DNA of 64,000 nucleotides, taken from positions 251,546 through 315,545 of the forward strand of contig NZ_MQVX01000001.1 of assembly GCF_002954325.1 (NCBI RefSeq), in the 5' to 3' direction. The position numbers and the translations under genes were made by a program. Shown here piece by piece: positions 19,196 through 28,087 of the stretch. Each line of letters opens with the position of its first letter. The first letter of the stretch is position 1. Under the pieces are notes generated by a model, which made no database searches, was not told the DNA's origin, and saw only the letters and a program-made list of their open reading frames with translations. The stretch is from Aureicoccus marinus (GTDB lineage: Bacteria; Bacteroidota; Bacteroidia; Flavobacteriales; Flavobacteriaceae).

Positions 19196-19557
19196 GTGAA
19201 GGGTATTTTGATGTTCGTTTTGAGATAGTACACTTCAAAAATCAAAAGGTTCAAAAGAAGTTGATTGAGTACCTTTCGGTAAAATTGCTCAACCGAATAA
19301 GAGCCGGCATGCGCTTCGATTTAAAGAGACTCATTCCTTATACCTATTCCTGGCGAAACACCTTTATTATTGGGTTGTCTTGGGCCGTGGTCAGTGGACA
19401 AGCCTTTAAAGTAAATGAGGACTACAGTGTCTTTTTATCTATTTCGGATTATTTAGCAGCAGACGGGCAGCGTCTTGATCAGGTAGGAGTAACCCCAGAG
19501 CATCATGTTCCCGCCGAACGAGCTTTGGAGTATGTGCTCACTGAATTAATCAAGTAG
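19183..19557 (+). pseudogene. 3' remnant of an S41 (C-terminal processing / tail-specific) peptidase gene
   Basis: The C-terminal ~50 aa (SWAVVSGQAFKVNEDYSVFLSISDYLAADGQRLDQVGVTPEHHV) match the conserved S41 C-terminal pattern G.VQ...L.DGS.L.LT.A.Y.TP.G..I...GI.PD. The 5' part of the ORF overlaps the start of the minus-strand gene and is not S41-like. There is no upstream remainder of the gene. Confidence 0.4.
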
Positions 19558-19582
19558 TCAGAAGACAATACTAAAAGAAAAA

Positions 19583-19609
19583 CCACAGCCACTGCGCTGT
19601 GGTTTTTTA
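19583..19609 (+). terminator. Rho-independent terminator
   Basis: CCACAGC-CACTGC-GCTGTGG followed by TTTTTTAT. Confidence 0.6.
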
Positions 19610-19812
19610 TGAAGTCCTACGGCCTGTTTTAGTGAGCCTTTATAAAGGAATAAAATGGGTGTTTTGGGAAAGGGATATTCCTTCAGTTGCCTGTAAAGAG
19701 TTAAATGTTAAAATCTATTTTTATTTAGAATAAATATAGATAAGACTAGGTTTTTATGTTTTTGAACTTTAATTTCGACCCCGAATTATTGAAGTTATAA
19801 CACCATTTAACT

Positions 19813-21126
19813 ATGAAAAATCTGAAATATATTTCCTTGGCTTTGCTAACGGGTCTCGTTTTTATCGCTTGCGAAAAAGAAGATGATGGCCCCGTCGATC
19901 CCATCGCAACTTGTACTGATGGGATTCAGAATGGCGATGAAACCGGGGTAGACTGCGGAGGCAGTTCTTGTGCTCCCTGTACGACCGTTACTGAAATCCC
20001 CGCGATCTACAGCTTTCAAAGAAATGGAGAATCGACGGTGAGTTTTAGTGGACAAACCACGCGCCTCATGATGGCAATAGAAATTCTTGGACTTCTTAGA
20101 GACAATACCTCCACGGAAGCGCAAATTATGGCCGCCTACAATCACCAAGAGGGGGTTGCTGATTTTAGTGATGCGGAATTGAATGCATCAGACAAGCAGG
20201 TACGAAACAAAACCGCTGGTTCTTATTTTTTTCAAAACTTCATGCCCTCTATTGCTTCCTCAGCGGTAGTTGCAGATTTTGAAGGCTTTGTAACAGGTCA
20301 AGTGAATGAGGTTTTTCCGGCCTGGAACACGGTAGCGGCTGCTGGAAATGCTGGTCAAATCGCCGATGGTAGCTCAACGCGATACGTCAATGCCAAAGGA
20401 TTGGAGTACGACCAAGCCTTCATCAAAGGCTTAACAGGAGCTTTTGTGGCTGATCAGATCGTAGGTAACTACACTTTTCCGGGGAACCTTGAGCGCTTTG
20501 AGGCTGCCAATGACGAAGGAACTATTGTCGATGGCAAATCCTATACCGATTTGGAGCACGATTGGGACGAGGCTTACGGCTACTTCTTTGGTCTAGCAGC
20601 CGACGGTGCTAATCCCCTAGCTGCACTACTCGAAGGAGGAACTCCAGGTGATTTCAGCTCAGGCGATGATGAATTCCTATACAAGTATGTAGACAATGTC
20701 GAGGCCAACTTTGAGGGTACGGCAGAAACTATTTTCGAAGCCTTCAAAGCAGGTAGAACTGCTATTATAAATAAAGACTATGTCGAAAGAGATGTCCAGG
20801 CCGATATCCTACGAGAACAGGTGGCTTTTGTGGTTGCTGTCCGTGCCGTTCACTACCTAAAAGCCGGAGGAAATATGGCTGCCAGTCCCGGGACAAGGCT
20901 TCATGATTTATCGGAAGCTTATGGTTTCATCTACAGTCTACAGTTTCTTTTGGAGCCGGGAACCAATGACGAGTTCTATTTTACTCGACAAGAAGTGGAG
21001 GACTTCCTGGACACTATTTACAATAATCCAACCAATGGGTTTTGGGGTGTGACAACTGCCGATTTGAATTCGGTAGCAGAGGCCATTGCTGTAAAATTTA
21101 GTTTCAGTGTAGCGGAGGTTGAATAA
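19813..21126 (+). CDS. Lipoprotein with an N-terminal Cys-rich motif; assigned to DUF4856 by recollection of its usual partner families (placeholder)
   Basis: Lipoprotein signal (FIACEKE). Cys-rich motif CTDGIQNGDETGVDCGGSSCAPC. Sits upstream of the imelysin-HTTM-TonB receptor genes. Confidence 0.5.
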   Translation: MKNLKYISLALLTGLVFIACEKEDDGPVDPIATCTDGIQNGDETGVDCGGSSCAPCTTVTEIPAIYSFQRNGESTVSFSGQTTRLMMAIEILGLLRDNTSTEAQIMAAYNHQEGVADFSDAELNASDKQVRNKTAGSYFFQNFMPSIASSAVVADFEGFVTGQVNEVFPAWNTVAAAGNAGQIADGSSTRYVNAKGLEYDQAFIKGLTGAFVADQIVGNYTFPGNLERFEAANDEGTIVDGKSYTDLEHDWDEAYGYFFGLAADGANPLAALLEGGTPGDFSSGDDEFLYKYVDNVEANFEGTAETIFEAFKAGRTAIINKDYVERDVQADILREQVAFVVAVRAVHYLKAGGNMAASPGTRLHDLSEAYGFIYSLQFLLEPGTNDEFYFTRQEVEDFLDTIYNNPTNGFWGVTTADLNSVAEAIAVKFSFSVAEVE

Positions 21127-21244
21127 CCCCTGCAGAAGCGCTTGAAAATTAAAGCTATTTAGATCAAATAAAATCAAGATAAGGGCGGATTTGAAGCGAA
21201 CATGTTTTATTTTTGCCTGCCATTTAGAATTAATCTGAATAAAA

Positions 21245-22375
21245 ATGATGAAAGGAAAAGCCCATTGGATCTTAACAATTTTATCGGCTCTTTTTATTTG
21301 GGCCTGCTCAAGCACAGGGGATGATACCCCTATAACGGATGATGATGGAGTGTCTCTGACCTTTGATCGGGGAGCGATGCTGGAAAATTGGGCAGACAAC
21401 ATTATTCTTCCTTCTTACAACCAGTTTCTAGTTGATTACGCCGCCTTCAAGGCCGACTTCGAAAGCTTTCAAAATGATCGAAGTGGGTCGAATCTGATCG
21501 CCTTGCGTTCTTCCTGGGTAGACGCCTACCTCAGTTGGCAATCGATTTCTCCATTTGAAGTAGGTCCTGCGGAAGACAATGGACTAAGGCTGAATGTCAA
21601 TACCTACCCTACGGACGTCGCTTTAATTGGAACGCACATCTCCTCAGGGAGCTACAATTTAGACCTTTCCTCCAACCGCGATTCCAAAGGTTTTGCGGCT
21701 TTGGATTACCTGATTAATGGAATTGGCGGGAACGATGCCGAAATAGTTCAGGTCTACACCGATGCCATAACAGGGGATGCTCATGTCGCTTATTTAGGGG
21801 AGGTAATTAATGATATTGATACCCGGGTGACCACTGTTCGTAATGCTTGGCAAAATGGATACCGCGATACCTTTGTTCAAAACGATGGATCTTCGGCTAC
21901 GGCTTCGGTTGATCGCTTTGTAAACGATTTTATCTTCTACTACGAGAAATTCCTTCGAGCAGGAAAGATGGGAATTCCTCTGGGCGTTTTTTCTCGTACT
22001 CAAACACCAACTTTGGTTGAGGCATATTATTACCCCCAGCTATCCAATCAGTTATTCTTGGCTGGTCTTAGTACAGTTGAAGACTTTTTTAACGGAAAAG
22101 CGTTTGGAAGTTCGCGTACCGGAGAGAGTTTAGCCTCTTACCTCACCACTCTTAACCAGATCACTTTACGAAATGATATTCGCAATCAATTCTCCAGCGC
22201 CAGAACTGCGGTAAGTGGTTTGGGACCCTTTCGGGCTGAGTTAGAAAATAACAGCCCAGCGGCGGATATGTTTGCCGCATATGATGAAGTACAAGGGGCA
22301 GTGGCTCTGTTCAAAGTCGATATGGTTTCGGCCATGAGTATAGCCATTGATTTTGTCGATGCCGATGGAGACTAG
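21245..22375 (+). CDS. Imelysin-like (peptidase M75 / EfeO-like fold) lipoprotein (tentative)
   Basis: Lipoprotein signal (IWACSS). Mostly alpha-helical two-domain composition with an ENWADNIILPSYNQF-type N-terminal helix region typical of imelysin/EfeO-like proteins. Its stop abuts the HTTM start. Confidence 0.5.
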   Translation: MMKGKAHWILTILSALFIWACSSTGDDTPITDDDGVSLTFDRGAMLENWADNIILPSYNQFLVDYAAFKADFESFQNDRSGSNLIALRSSWVDAYLSWQSISPFEVGPAEDNGLRLNVNTYPTDVALIGTHISSGSYNLDLSSNRDSKGFAALDYLINGIGGNDAEIVQVYTDAITGDAHVAYLGEVINDIDTRVTTVRNAWQNGYRDTFVQNDGSSATASVDRFVNDFIFYYEKFLRAGKMGIPLGVFSRTQTPTLVEAYYYPQLSNQLFLAGLSTVEDFFNGKAFGSSRTGESLASYLTTLNQITLRNDIRNQFSSARTAVSGLGPFRAELENNSPAADMFAAYDEVQGAVALFKVDMVSAMSIAIDFVDADGD

Positions 22376-23743
22376 ATGAAGGACTTAATCCAGACCTATC
22401 TTTCAAAGAAATCGGAGGCCGCCACTTTGGCGGTCTTTCGTGTTTTCTTTGGTTTGATGATGGTCTGGAGTCTGCTGCGGTTTTGGTATAACGGATGGAT
22501 TGAAAGCCTTTACCTGGAGCCTGGCTTCCATTTTTCGTACTACGGATTTGAGTGGGTAAAACCGATCGGAAATTGGACCTACCTCTTGTTTGTAATCTGC
22601 GGTATCACGGCCCTCTTTGTAACACTAGGATATAAATACAGGCTTTCTATTGTCGTGTTTTTTCTGTCTTTCACCTATATCGAGTTGATGGACAAAACCA
22701 CTTACCTGAACCATTACTATTTCATCAGTATACTTTCGTTCTTGCTGATTTTTTTACCTGCAAACGCCTACTTCTCTCTTGATGCCATGGGGAATACCAC
22801 GAGAAGATTTCAGTTTATCCCTCGTTGGAATGTAGATGCGATCAAAGTTTTGCTGGTTATTGTTTATGTGTACGCTGGGCTAGCCAAGCTTAATTCCGAT
22901 TGGCTCGTGGAAGCTCTGCCTTTGAAGATTTGGCTTCCGGTCAAAGCCGATACGCCACTGATTGGTGAACTCTTGGGGGAGCCATGGGTGCACTATATGT
23001 TTAGCTGGTTTGGAGCCTTGTATGATTTGACCATACCCTTTTTCCTGCTGTATAAGCCGACGAGAAAGGTCGCCTTTTTCTTTGTGGTTGTTTTCCACAT
23101 CTTGACTCGGCTACTCTTCAATATTGGGATGTTTCCTTACATCATGATTGTCTCTACCCTGATCTTCTTTGACAGCCCCCTACACCAGCAAATCTTGAAT
23201 TTCCTTTCTCGGCTGCTCCGGATTAAAACAAAGGTGTTTGACAATGGGCTCTCTTACGCGATGAGCTCGGGTTTAAGAAGGAATACAGTCTACGGAGTCG
23301 TTTCCTTGTTTTTGCTTGTTCAATTGCTTTTACCCTGGCGGTATCTGGCCTATCCAGGAGAATTGTTTTGGACGGAAGAGGGTTATCGATTCTCTTGGCG
23401 GGTGATGTTGATGGAAAAGGCAGGCTACGCACAATTCAAAATAGTCGACGGCAGGACCGGCCAGTGGTTCTATGTAGACAATACCGACTTTTTGACCCCT
23501 TTTCAGGAAAAGCAGATGAGTTTTCAGCCGGATTTTATTTTGGAATACGCTCACTATTTAAAAGACCATTTTGAAAGTCAGGGGCATAAAAATATTGAGA
23601 TCTATGTCGAGAGTAAGGTGACGCTCAATGGAAGGAGAAGCACTACTTATGTCGATCCGAACGTAAACCTGGTGAGTGAAGAAGAGTCATTTCGCCATAA
23701 AAAATGGATAATTCCTTTTAAAGATGAGATTAAAGGTATTTAG
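22376..23743 (+). CDS. HTTM (horizontally transferred transmembrane) domain protein, vitamin-K-dependent gamma-carboxylase-like polytopic membrane protein
   Basis: N-terminal LAVFRVFFGLMMVWSLLRFWYNGWIE and multiple TM helices typical of HTTM. The start codon is immediately after the imelysin-like gene's stop. Confidence 0.75.
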   Translation: MKDLIQTYLSKKSEAATLAVFRVFFGLMMVWSLLRFWYNGWIESLYLEPGFHFSYYGFEWVKPIGNWTYLLFVICGITALFVTLGYKYRLSIVVFFLSFTYIELMDKTTYLNHYYFISILSFLLIFLPANAYFSLDAMGNTTRRFQFIPRWNVDAIKVLLVIVYVYAGLAKLNSDWLVEALPLKIWLPVKADTPLIGELLGEPWVHYMFSWFGALYDLTIPFFLLYKPTRKVAFFFVVVFHILTRLLFNIGMFPYIMIVSTLIFFDSPLHQQILNFLSRLLRIKTKVFDNGLSYAMSSGLRRNTVYGVVSLFLLVQLLLPWRYLAYPGELFWTEEGYRFSWRVMLMEKAGYAQFKIVDGRTGQWFYVDNTDFLTPFQEKQMSFQPDFILEYAHYLKDHFESQGHKNIEIYVESKVTLNGRRSTTYVDPNVNLVSEEESFRHKKWIIPFKDEIKGI

Positions 23744-26195
23744 CACTTTTTGTTTTCTGCTTATAACGGCTACCCTGATGGGTCAAGAACGCCTTAGGGG
23801 TCAAGTCGTTGATCAACAGGGTGTACCTGTTGTAGGGGCCGAGGTGTATATCAGGCAAACAGAGACCTTGAGTATATCCGATGAAAAAGGCGAGTTTGTG
23901 CTTGAAGCAATCCCCTTCGGGACTTATGACGTGGTCGTTTTTGCCTTGGAGTACCGGGTTTATGAACAGCAACTTGAGATCAATTCGTCTACTGCTCTTC
24001 GGATTCAATTACAACCTCTTGCTGCTCAAGAACTCTCGGAGGTCGTTATTACTCAGGAGCGAGAAAAAGTCTTCGCTTTGCAAAAGCTCAAATCGGTTGA
24101 AGGTACGGCCATCTATGCCGGCAAAAAGAGTGAGGTCGTTTTGGTGGGTAATATCCCCGGCAACCTAGCGGCCAATAACCCTCGACAATTGTACAACCAA
24201 GTCGCCGGCCTGAATATATTCGATTACGGGGATGCAGGACTTCAGCTAAACATTGGCGGCCGGGGGCTCGATCCCAACCGAACCGCCAATTTTAATGTAC
24301 GCCAGAATGGCTACGACATCAGTGCGGATGCATTGGGATACCCGGAAAGTTACTACACACCTCCGGCAGAGGCACTGGATCAAATTCAGGTGGTTAGAGG
24401 AGCGGCTTCTCTGCAGTATGGGCCTCAGTTTGGCGGCCTTATTAACTTCAAGTTCAAGAAACCCAACCCGAATAAAAAGATAGAATGGGTGTCCAGACAA
24501 ACAGTGGGTTCCTTTGATTTAAAAACCAGTTTCAACAGCCTTACCGGAACGTTAGGGAACTTCAGTTACTACACTTATTTCAATTACAAAGAGGGGAGTG
24601 GGTTTAGACCCAACTCCAATTTTGATAGCCGGAACTACTTCGGACATTTTGAATATCAATTTTCTCAAAAAACCAGTTTGGCCTTTGAAGTGACCATGCT
24701 CAATTATTTGGCTCAACAGCCCGGAGGATTGACCGATGTTCAGTTCATACAAGATCCTGTATTTAGCAACAGGGAGCGCAATTGGTTTGGTGTGGATTGG
24801 AAACTCTATTCCTTACTTTTCAAGCATCAGTTTTCGTCCAATACCGATTTTAGTTTGAACCTCTTTTCATTAGACGCTTCCCGCGAAGCTCTGGGATTCC
24901 GAACCAACCGGGTTTCTCAACCGGATGATCCCAACGAACCTCGCGAATTGTTGGCCGACAACTTTCAGAATTGGGGAGCAGAGGCCCGGGTTCTGAATCG
25001 GTATAAAATCAACGATTCCGATGCCGTCCTGCTTTTGGGGGCAAAGTATTACCAAACATCGAATGACCAGAGGCAAGGTCCTGGAAGTAATAGCAACGAT
25101 CCGGATTTCAATTTCGCCGATCAGGATTTTCCGAACTACGAGCGGCAGTCGCAATTTGAATTCCCCAATTTGAATATGGCTTTTTTTGGAGAGAACATTT
25201 TCAATCTTTCTAAAAAATTCTCCTTGACCCCAGGTTTTCGGTTTGAATACATCAAGACCGAGAGCGAAGGGAGTTTCCGCAACATCGTTTTGGATCTGGC
25301 GGGTAACCCCTTGCTCAATGAAGAGATTGAAGACAACCGTACCTTTGAGCGCAACTTTTTACTGCTGGGACTAGGGGCGTCCTACAAGCCTACAGCTAAC
25401 TTGGAAGTTTACGCCAATTTTTCTCAAAATTACCGCTCGGTTACTTTTAGCGATATCCGCGTCATTAACCCTTCTTTTCAAATCGATCCCAATATATCGG
25501 ATGAAGACGGATTCACGGCAGACCTGGGGATTAGAGGCCGCGTAAAGAATGCCTTGACCTATGATGTGAGTGCCTTTGGCTTGCTTTACGACAACCGATT
25601 GGGCGAAATTCTCAAGAACGAAACCCGAACCAATGCTTTGGGCGAAGAGGTCGAAACTGGCCGAGTGGTGCGCTTTCGGGGGAATATCGGAACCGCTTTT
25701 ATCTATGGCTTGGAGTCCTTTGCCGATTGGAATATCAAAGAAGTTGCTTTCCCGGGACTAGAGAAAGCGAAGCTGAATCTCTTTGTCAACTTGGCTCTGA
25801 CAAATTCGGAGTATACTGATTCCGAGCAGAACAATGTGGAGGGGAACAAAGTCGAATTTATTCCGGAAGTCAATTTGAAGACTGGACTGAATTTTGGTTA
25901 CGGGAACTTTTTGGGAAGTCTGCAGTATACCTATCTCTCGGAGCAGTTTACAGATGCGACCAATGCTCCTCAGGATATCAATGACAACCAAAGGGGTATT
26001 GAAGGGACAATCCCAGCCTATGATATCATGGACCTTTCGTTCTCGTATTCCTGGAAAATGTTCAAGTTAGAGGCCGGAGTCAATAACGTATTGAATAACT
26101 CCTATTTTACTCGGCGTGCAACCGGTTACCCAGGTCCGGGAATTATTCCGGCAGAACCCAGAACGTTTTACACCACTCTTCAGCTGAAGTTGTAG
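23724..26195 (+). CDS. TonB-dependent outer-membrane receptor with an N-terminal carboxypeptidase-regulatory-like domain
   Basis: Signal peptide. CarbopepD_reg-like N-terminus (RGQVVDQQGVPVVGAEVYI). Plug and barrel motifs. Overlaps the HTTM gene by 20 bp. Confidence 0.85.
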   Translation: MRLKVFSTFCFLLITATLMGQERLRGQVVDQQGVPVVGAEVYIRQTETLSISDEKGEFVLEAIPFGTYDVVVFALEYRVYEQQLEINSSTALRIQLQPLAAQELSEVVITQEREKVFALQKLKSVEGTAIYAGKKSEVVLVGNIPGNLAANNPRQLYNQVAGLNIFDYGDAGLQLNIGGRGLDPNRTANFNVRQNGYDISADALGYPESYYTPPAEALDQIQVVRGAASLQYGPQFGGLINFKFKKPNPNKKIEWVSRQTVGSFDLKTSFNSLTGTLGNFSYYTYFNYKEGSGFRPNSNFDSRNYFGHFEYQFSQKTSLAFEVTMLNYLAQQPGGLTDVQFIQDPVFSNRERNWFGVDWKLYSLLFKHQFSSNTDFSLNLFSLDASREALGFRTNRVSQPDDPNEPRELLADNFQNWGAEARVLNRYKINDSDAVLLLGAKYYQTSNDQRQGPGSNSNDPDFNFADQDFPNYERQSQFEFPNLNMAFFGENIFNLSKKFSLTPGFRFEYIKTESEGSFRNIVLDLAGNPLLNEEIEDNRTFERNFLLLGLGASYKPTANLEVYANFSQNYRSVTFSDIRVINPSFQIDPNISDEDGFTADLGIRGRVKNALTYDVSAFGLLYDNRLGEILKNETRTNALGEEVETGRVVRFRGNIGTAFIYGLESFADWNIKEVAFPGLEKAKLNLFVNLALTNSEYTDSEQNNVEGNKVEFIPEVNLKTGLNFGYGNFLGSLQYTYLSEQFTDATNAPQDINDNQRGIEGTIPAYDIMDLSFSYSWKMFKLEAGVNNVLNNSYFTRRATGYPGPGIIPAEPRTFYTTLQLKL

Positions 26196-26210
26196 AAGGG
26201 GGGCGCAGAC

Positions 26211-26846
26211 TTATTTACTGGAGTTGATGGATTCCTTATTTTCTTCTGACTTTAGCTGGGATACCAAGTTTGAAATAGATTCCTTCAAGGTGAATTCAAA
26301 GTTCTTTAAGTCGTTGCCCATTTGATCGATCACACTCATGATATCAACAACGGTGGTGGAAGAATCAAAATTGAGGATCTTCTGTAGAAGTGAATTCGCA
26401 AAATCAGCGTATTCTTTTTGGTAATTATAAACCTCGGAAATGGCTTGAACGGTCTCAAAATCAAACTCTTGAATGATCCCGGAGATTTTGGCGGCTTCAA
26501 AGGCGGTATCATTCAAGTTTGCATAGCCTAAGCCCTTCCAGCCTTTAATTTCCGTGTGCTTAAACACGGTATTCCCAATATAGGGTTTGAGGTAGTCCGA
26601 TTCTTTTACCTTATTGCGATTTGCATCAAACTCCAGCTCAATCGATTGGTGATATGCATAGGCTGAGTCTAGTTTTGCTTTGTTGTTTTCGAGCTCTTCG
26701 ATAATAAAGGTGAGGGACTTCTCTTTCTTTTCGTAGGTTTTCTTTTCGCTTTGTTTTTCGCCAGCGTAAACGCCTAGATAAACACCAAAGGCGACAATTA
26801 AGAACTCGATGAAGTATTTGGAAATCGTCCTGATATTTAAAACCAT
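26211..26846 (-). CDS. Hypothetical membrane-anchored protein (211 aa)
   Basis: N-terminal TM helix (FIEFLIVAFGVYLGVYAG), charged helical remainder. Confidence 0.5.
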   Translation of the reverse strand: MVLNIRTISKYFIEFLIVAFGVYLGVYAGEKQSEKKTYEKKEKSLTFIIEELENNKAKLDSAYAYHQSIELEFDANRNKVKESDYLKPYIGNTVFKHTEIKGWKGLGYANLNDTAFEAAKISGIIQEFDFETVQAISEVYNYQKEYADFANSLLQKILNFDSSTTVVDIMSVIDQMGNDLKNFEFTLKESISNLVSQLKSEENKESINSSK

Positions 26847-26927
26847 ATTCTCTCTATTGATCTATTCGTTTGGGTAAATGCGGATCAGGTTCGCTTTAGT
26901 ATCTTGTGTCTTTATGATGCCAAGCAA

Positions 26928-27974
26928 ATGAAAAGACTTCTTTACTCCCTGTCAGCACTTGTTCTTTTATTGTGTGTTTACGCGGCCTATATTTTAAATT
27001 CCACAGGCTTTTTTAGGAAGGTAGAAAATACGAATACCCAGGCAATTCTTCAATCGATTCCTCTCTATGGTACGGAAGATTTAACCGTTAGTCAGCAAGG
27101 TGAATTTGTTCTTATTTCTGCCACCAAACGCGGGGTGCAATATCCGGATGCTGATCATCAGGATGGTCTCTATTTTATGGATTTACAAGAGGAAGGGGCA
27201 AGGCCGAAATTGATTTCAGGGAATTTTAAAAAGGCGTTTCATCCCCACGGCATCGACATGGTTCGATTAGATAGTAGCCGACACCGACTTTTTGTAATTA
27301 ATCATGTGGATGAGGTTAATTCGGTGGAGGTCTTTACTTTACATAATCGAGATAGCTTGGTGTTTGAGGAAACCTTGACCGATAAACAGATGTTTAGTCC
27401 CAACGATATTGTTGCTCTCGGAGATCGGGAGTTTTACTTTACCAATGACAAAAACGCTAGCAGCACTTGGGGGAAATTTCAAGAGAACTATCTGGGTAAG
27501 GCTGCGTGCAAAATCACCCATTATAACGGACAAGAATACCGAACGGTGGCCGACGGCCTGGCCTATGCCAACGGAATCAATTACGATGCAGAAAGAGAGT
27601 TGATGTATATCGCTTCCTCCCGGGGATTCTCGGTCAATGTGTACCACAGAGAAAGCAACGGAGATTTGACCTTGCTCAAAAGCATCCCGTGCGATACTGG
27701 TGTAGATAATATCGAACTCGATACCAATGGGGATTTATGGATCGGCTGTCATCCCAACTTAATGGCTTTTAAGTCTTACAGCCAAGGCAAGAAGGCAAAG
27801 GCTCCTTCTGAAATAATCAGGTTGGTCTACAAACAGGATGGAAGCCACATCCTGGAGTCCTTCTTTGTGGATGACGGCACCAATATTTCTGCCTCTTCAA
27901 CGGCTGCGGTCTTCCAAAACAAAGTGATAGTTGGTAATGTTATGGATGATCACTTTGTGATTTTGAAGAGGTGA
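26928..27974 (+). CDS. SMP-30/gluconolactonase/arylesterase (paraoxonase-like) beta-propeller family protein, N-terminal TM anchor
   Basis: ATG at 26928 (MKRLLYSLSALVLLL). Repeated Asp/Gly/Asn propeller-type motifs (DTNGDLWIG, YANGINYD). Confidence 0.5.
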   Translation: MKRLLYSLSALVLLLCVYAAYILNSTGFFRKVENTNTQAILQSIPLYGTEDLTVSQQGEFVLISATKRGVQYPDADHQDGLYFMDLQEEGARPKLISGNFKKAFHPHGIDMVRLDSSRHRLFVINHVDEVNSVEVFTLHNRDSLVFEETLTDKQMFSPNDIVALGDREFYFTNDKNASSTWGKFQENYLGKAACKITHYNGQEYRTVADGLAYANGINYDAERELMYIASSRGFSVNVYHRESNGDLTLLKSIPCDTGVDNIELDTNGDLWIGCHPNLMAFKSYSQGKKAKAPSEIIRLVYKQDGSHILESFFVDDGTNISASSTAAVFQNKVIVGNVMDDHFVILKR

Positions 27975-28087
27975 TACTTCTGATAGGGACTAGTCAATTT
28001 AGGCAGCTTGTCGAGTAATTGCCGCGTTGGGCAATTATATAATTCATACTCAGTAGGTTTTACAATCTTGCATGGCCCTACTATGCT

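Noticed and set aside
19183-19330. 5' half of the S41-remnant ORF (MMYSCEGYFDVRFEIVHFKNQ...)
   Set aside because: It overlaps the start and promoter of the minus-strand ECF-operon gene and has no S41 similarity. Only the 3' about 150 nt look like genuine former coding sequence.
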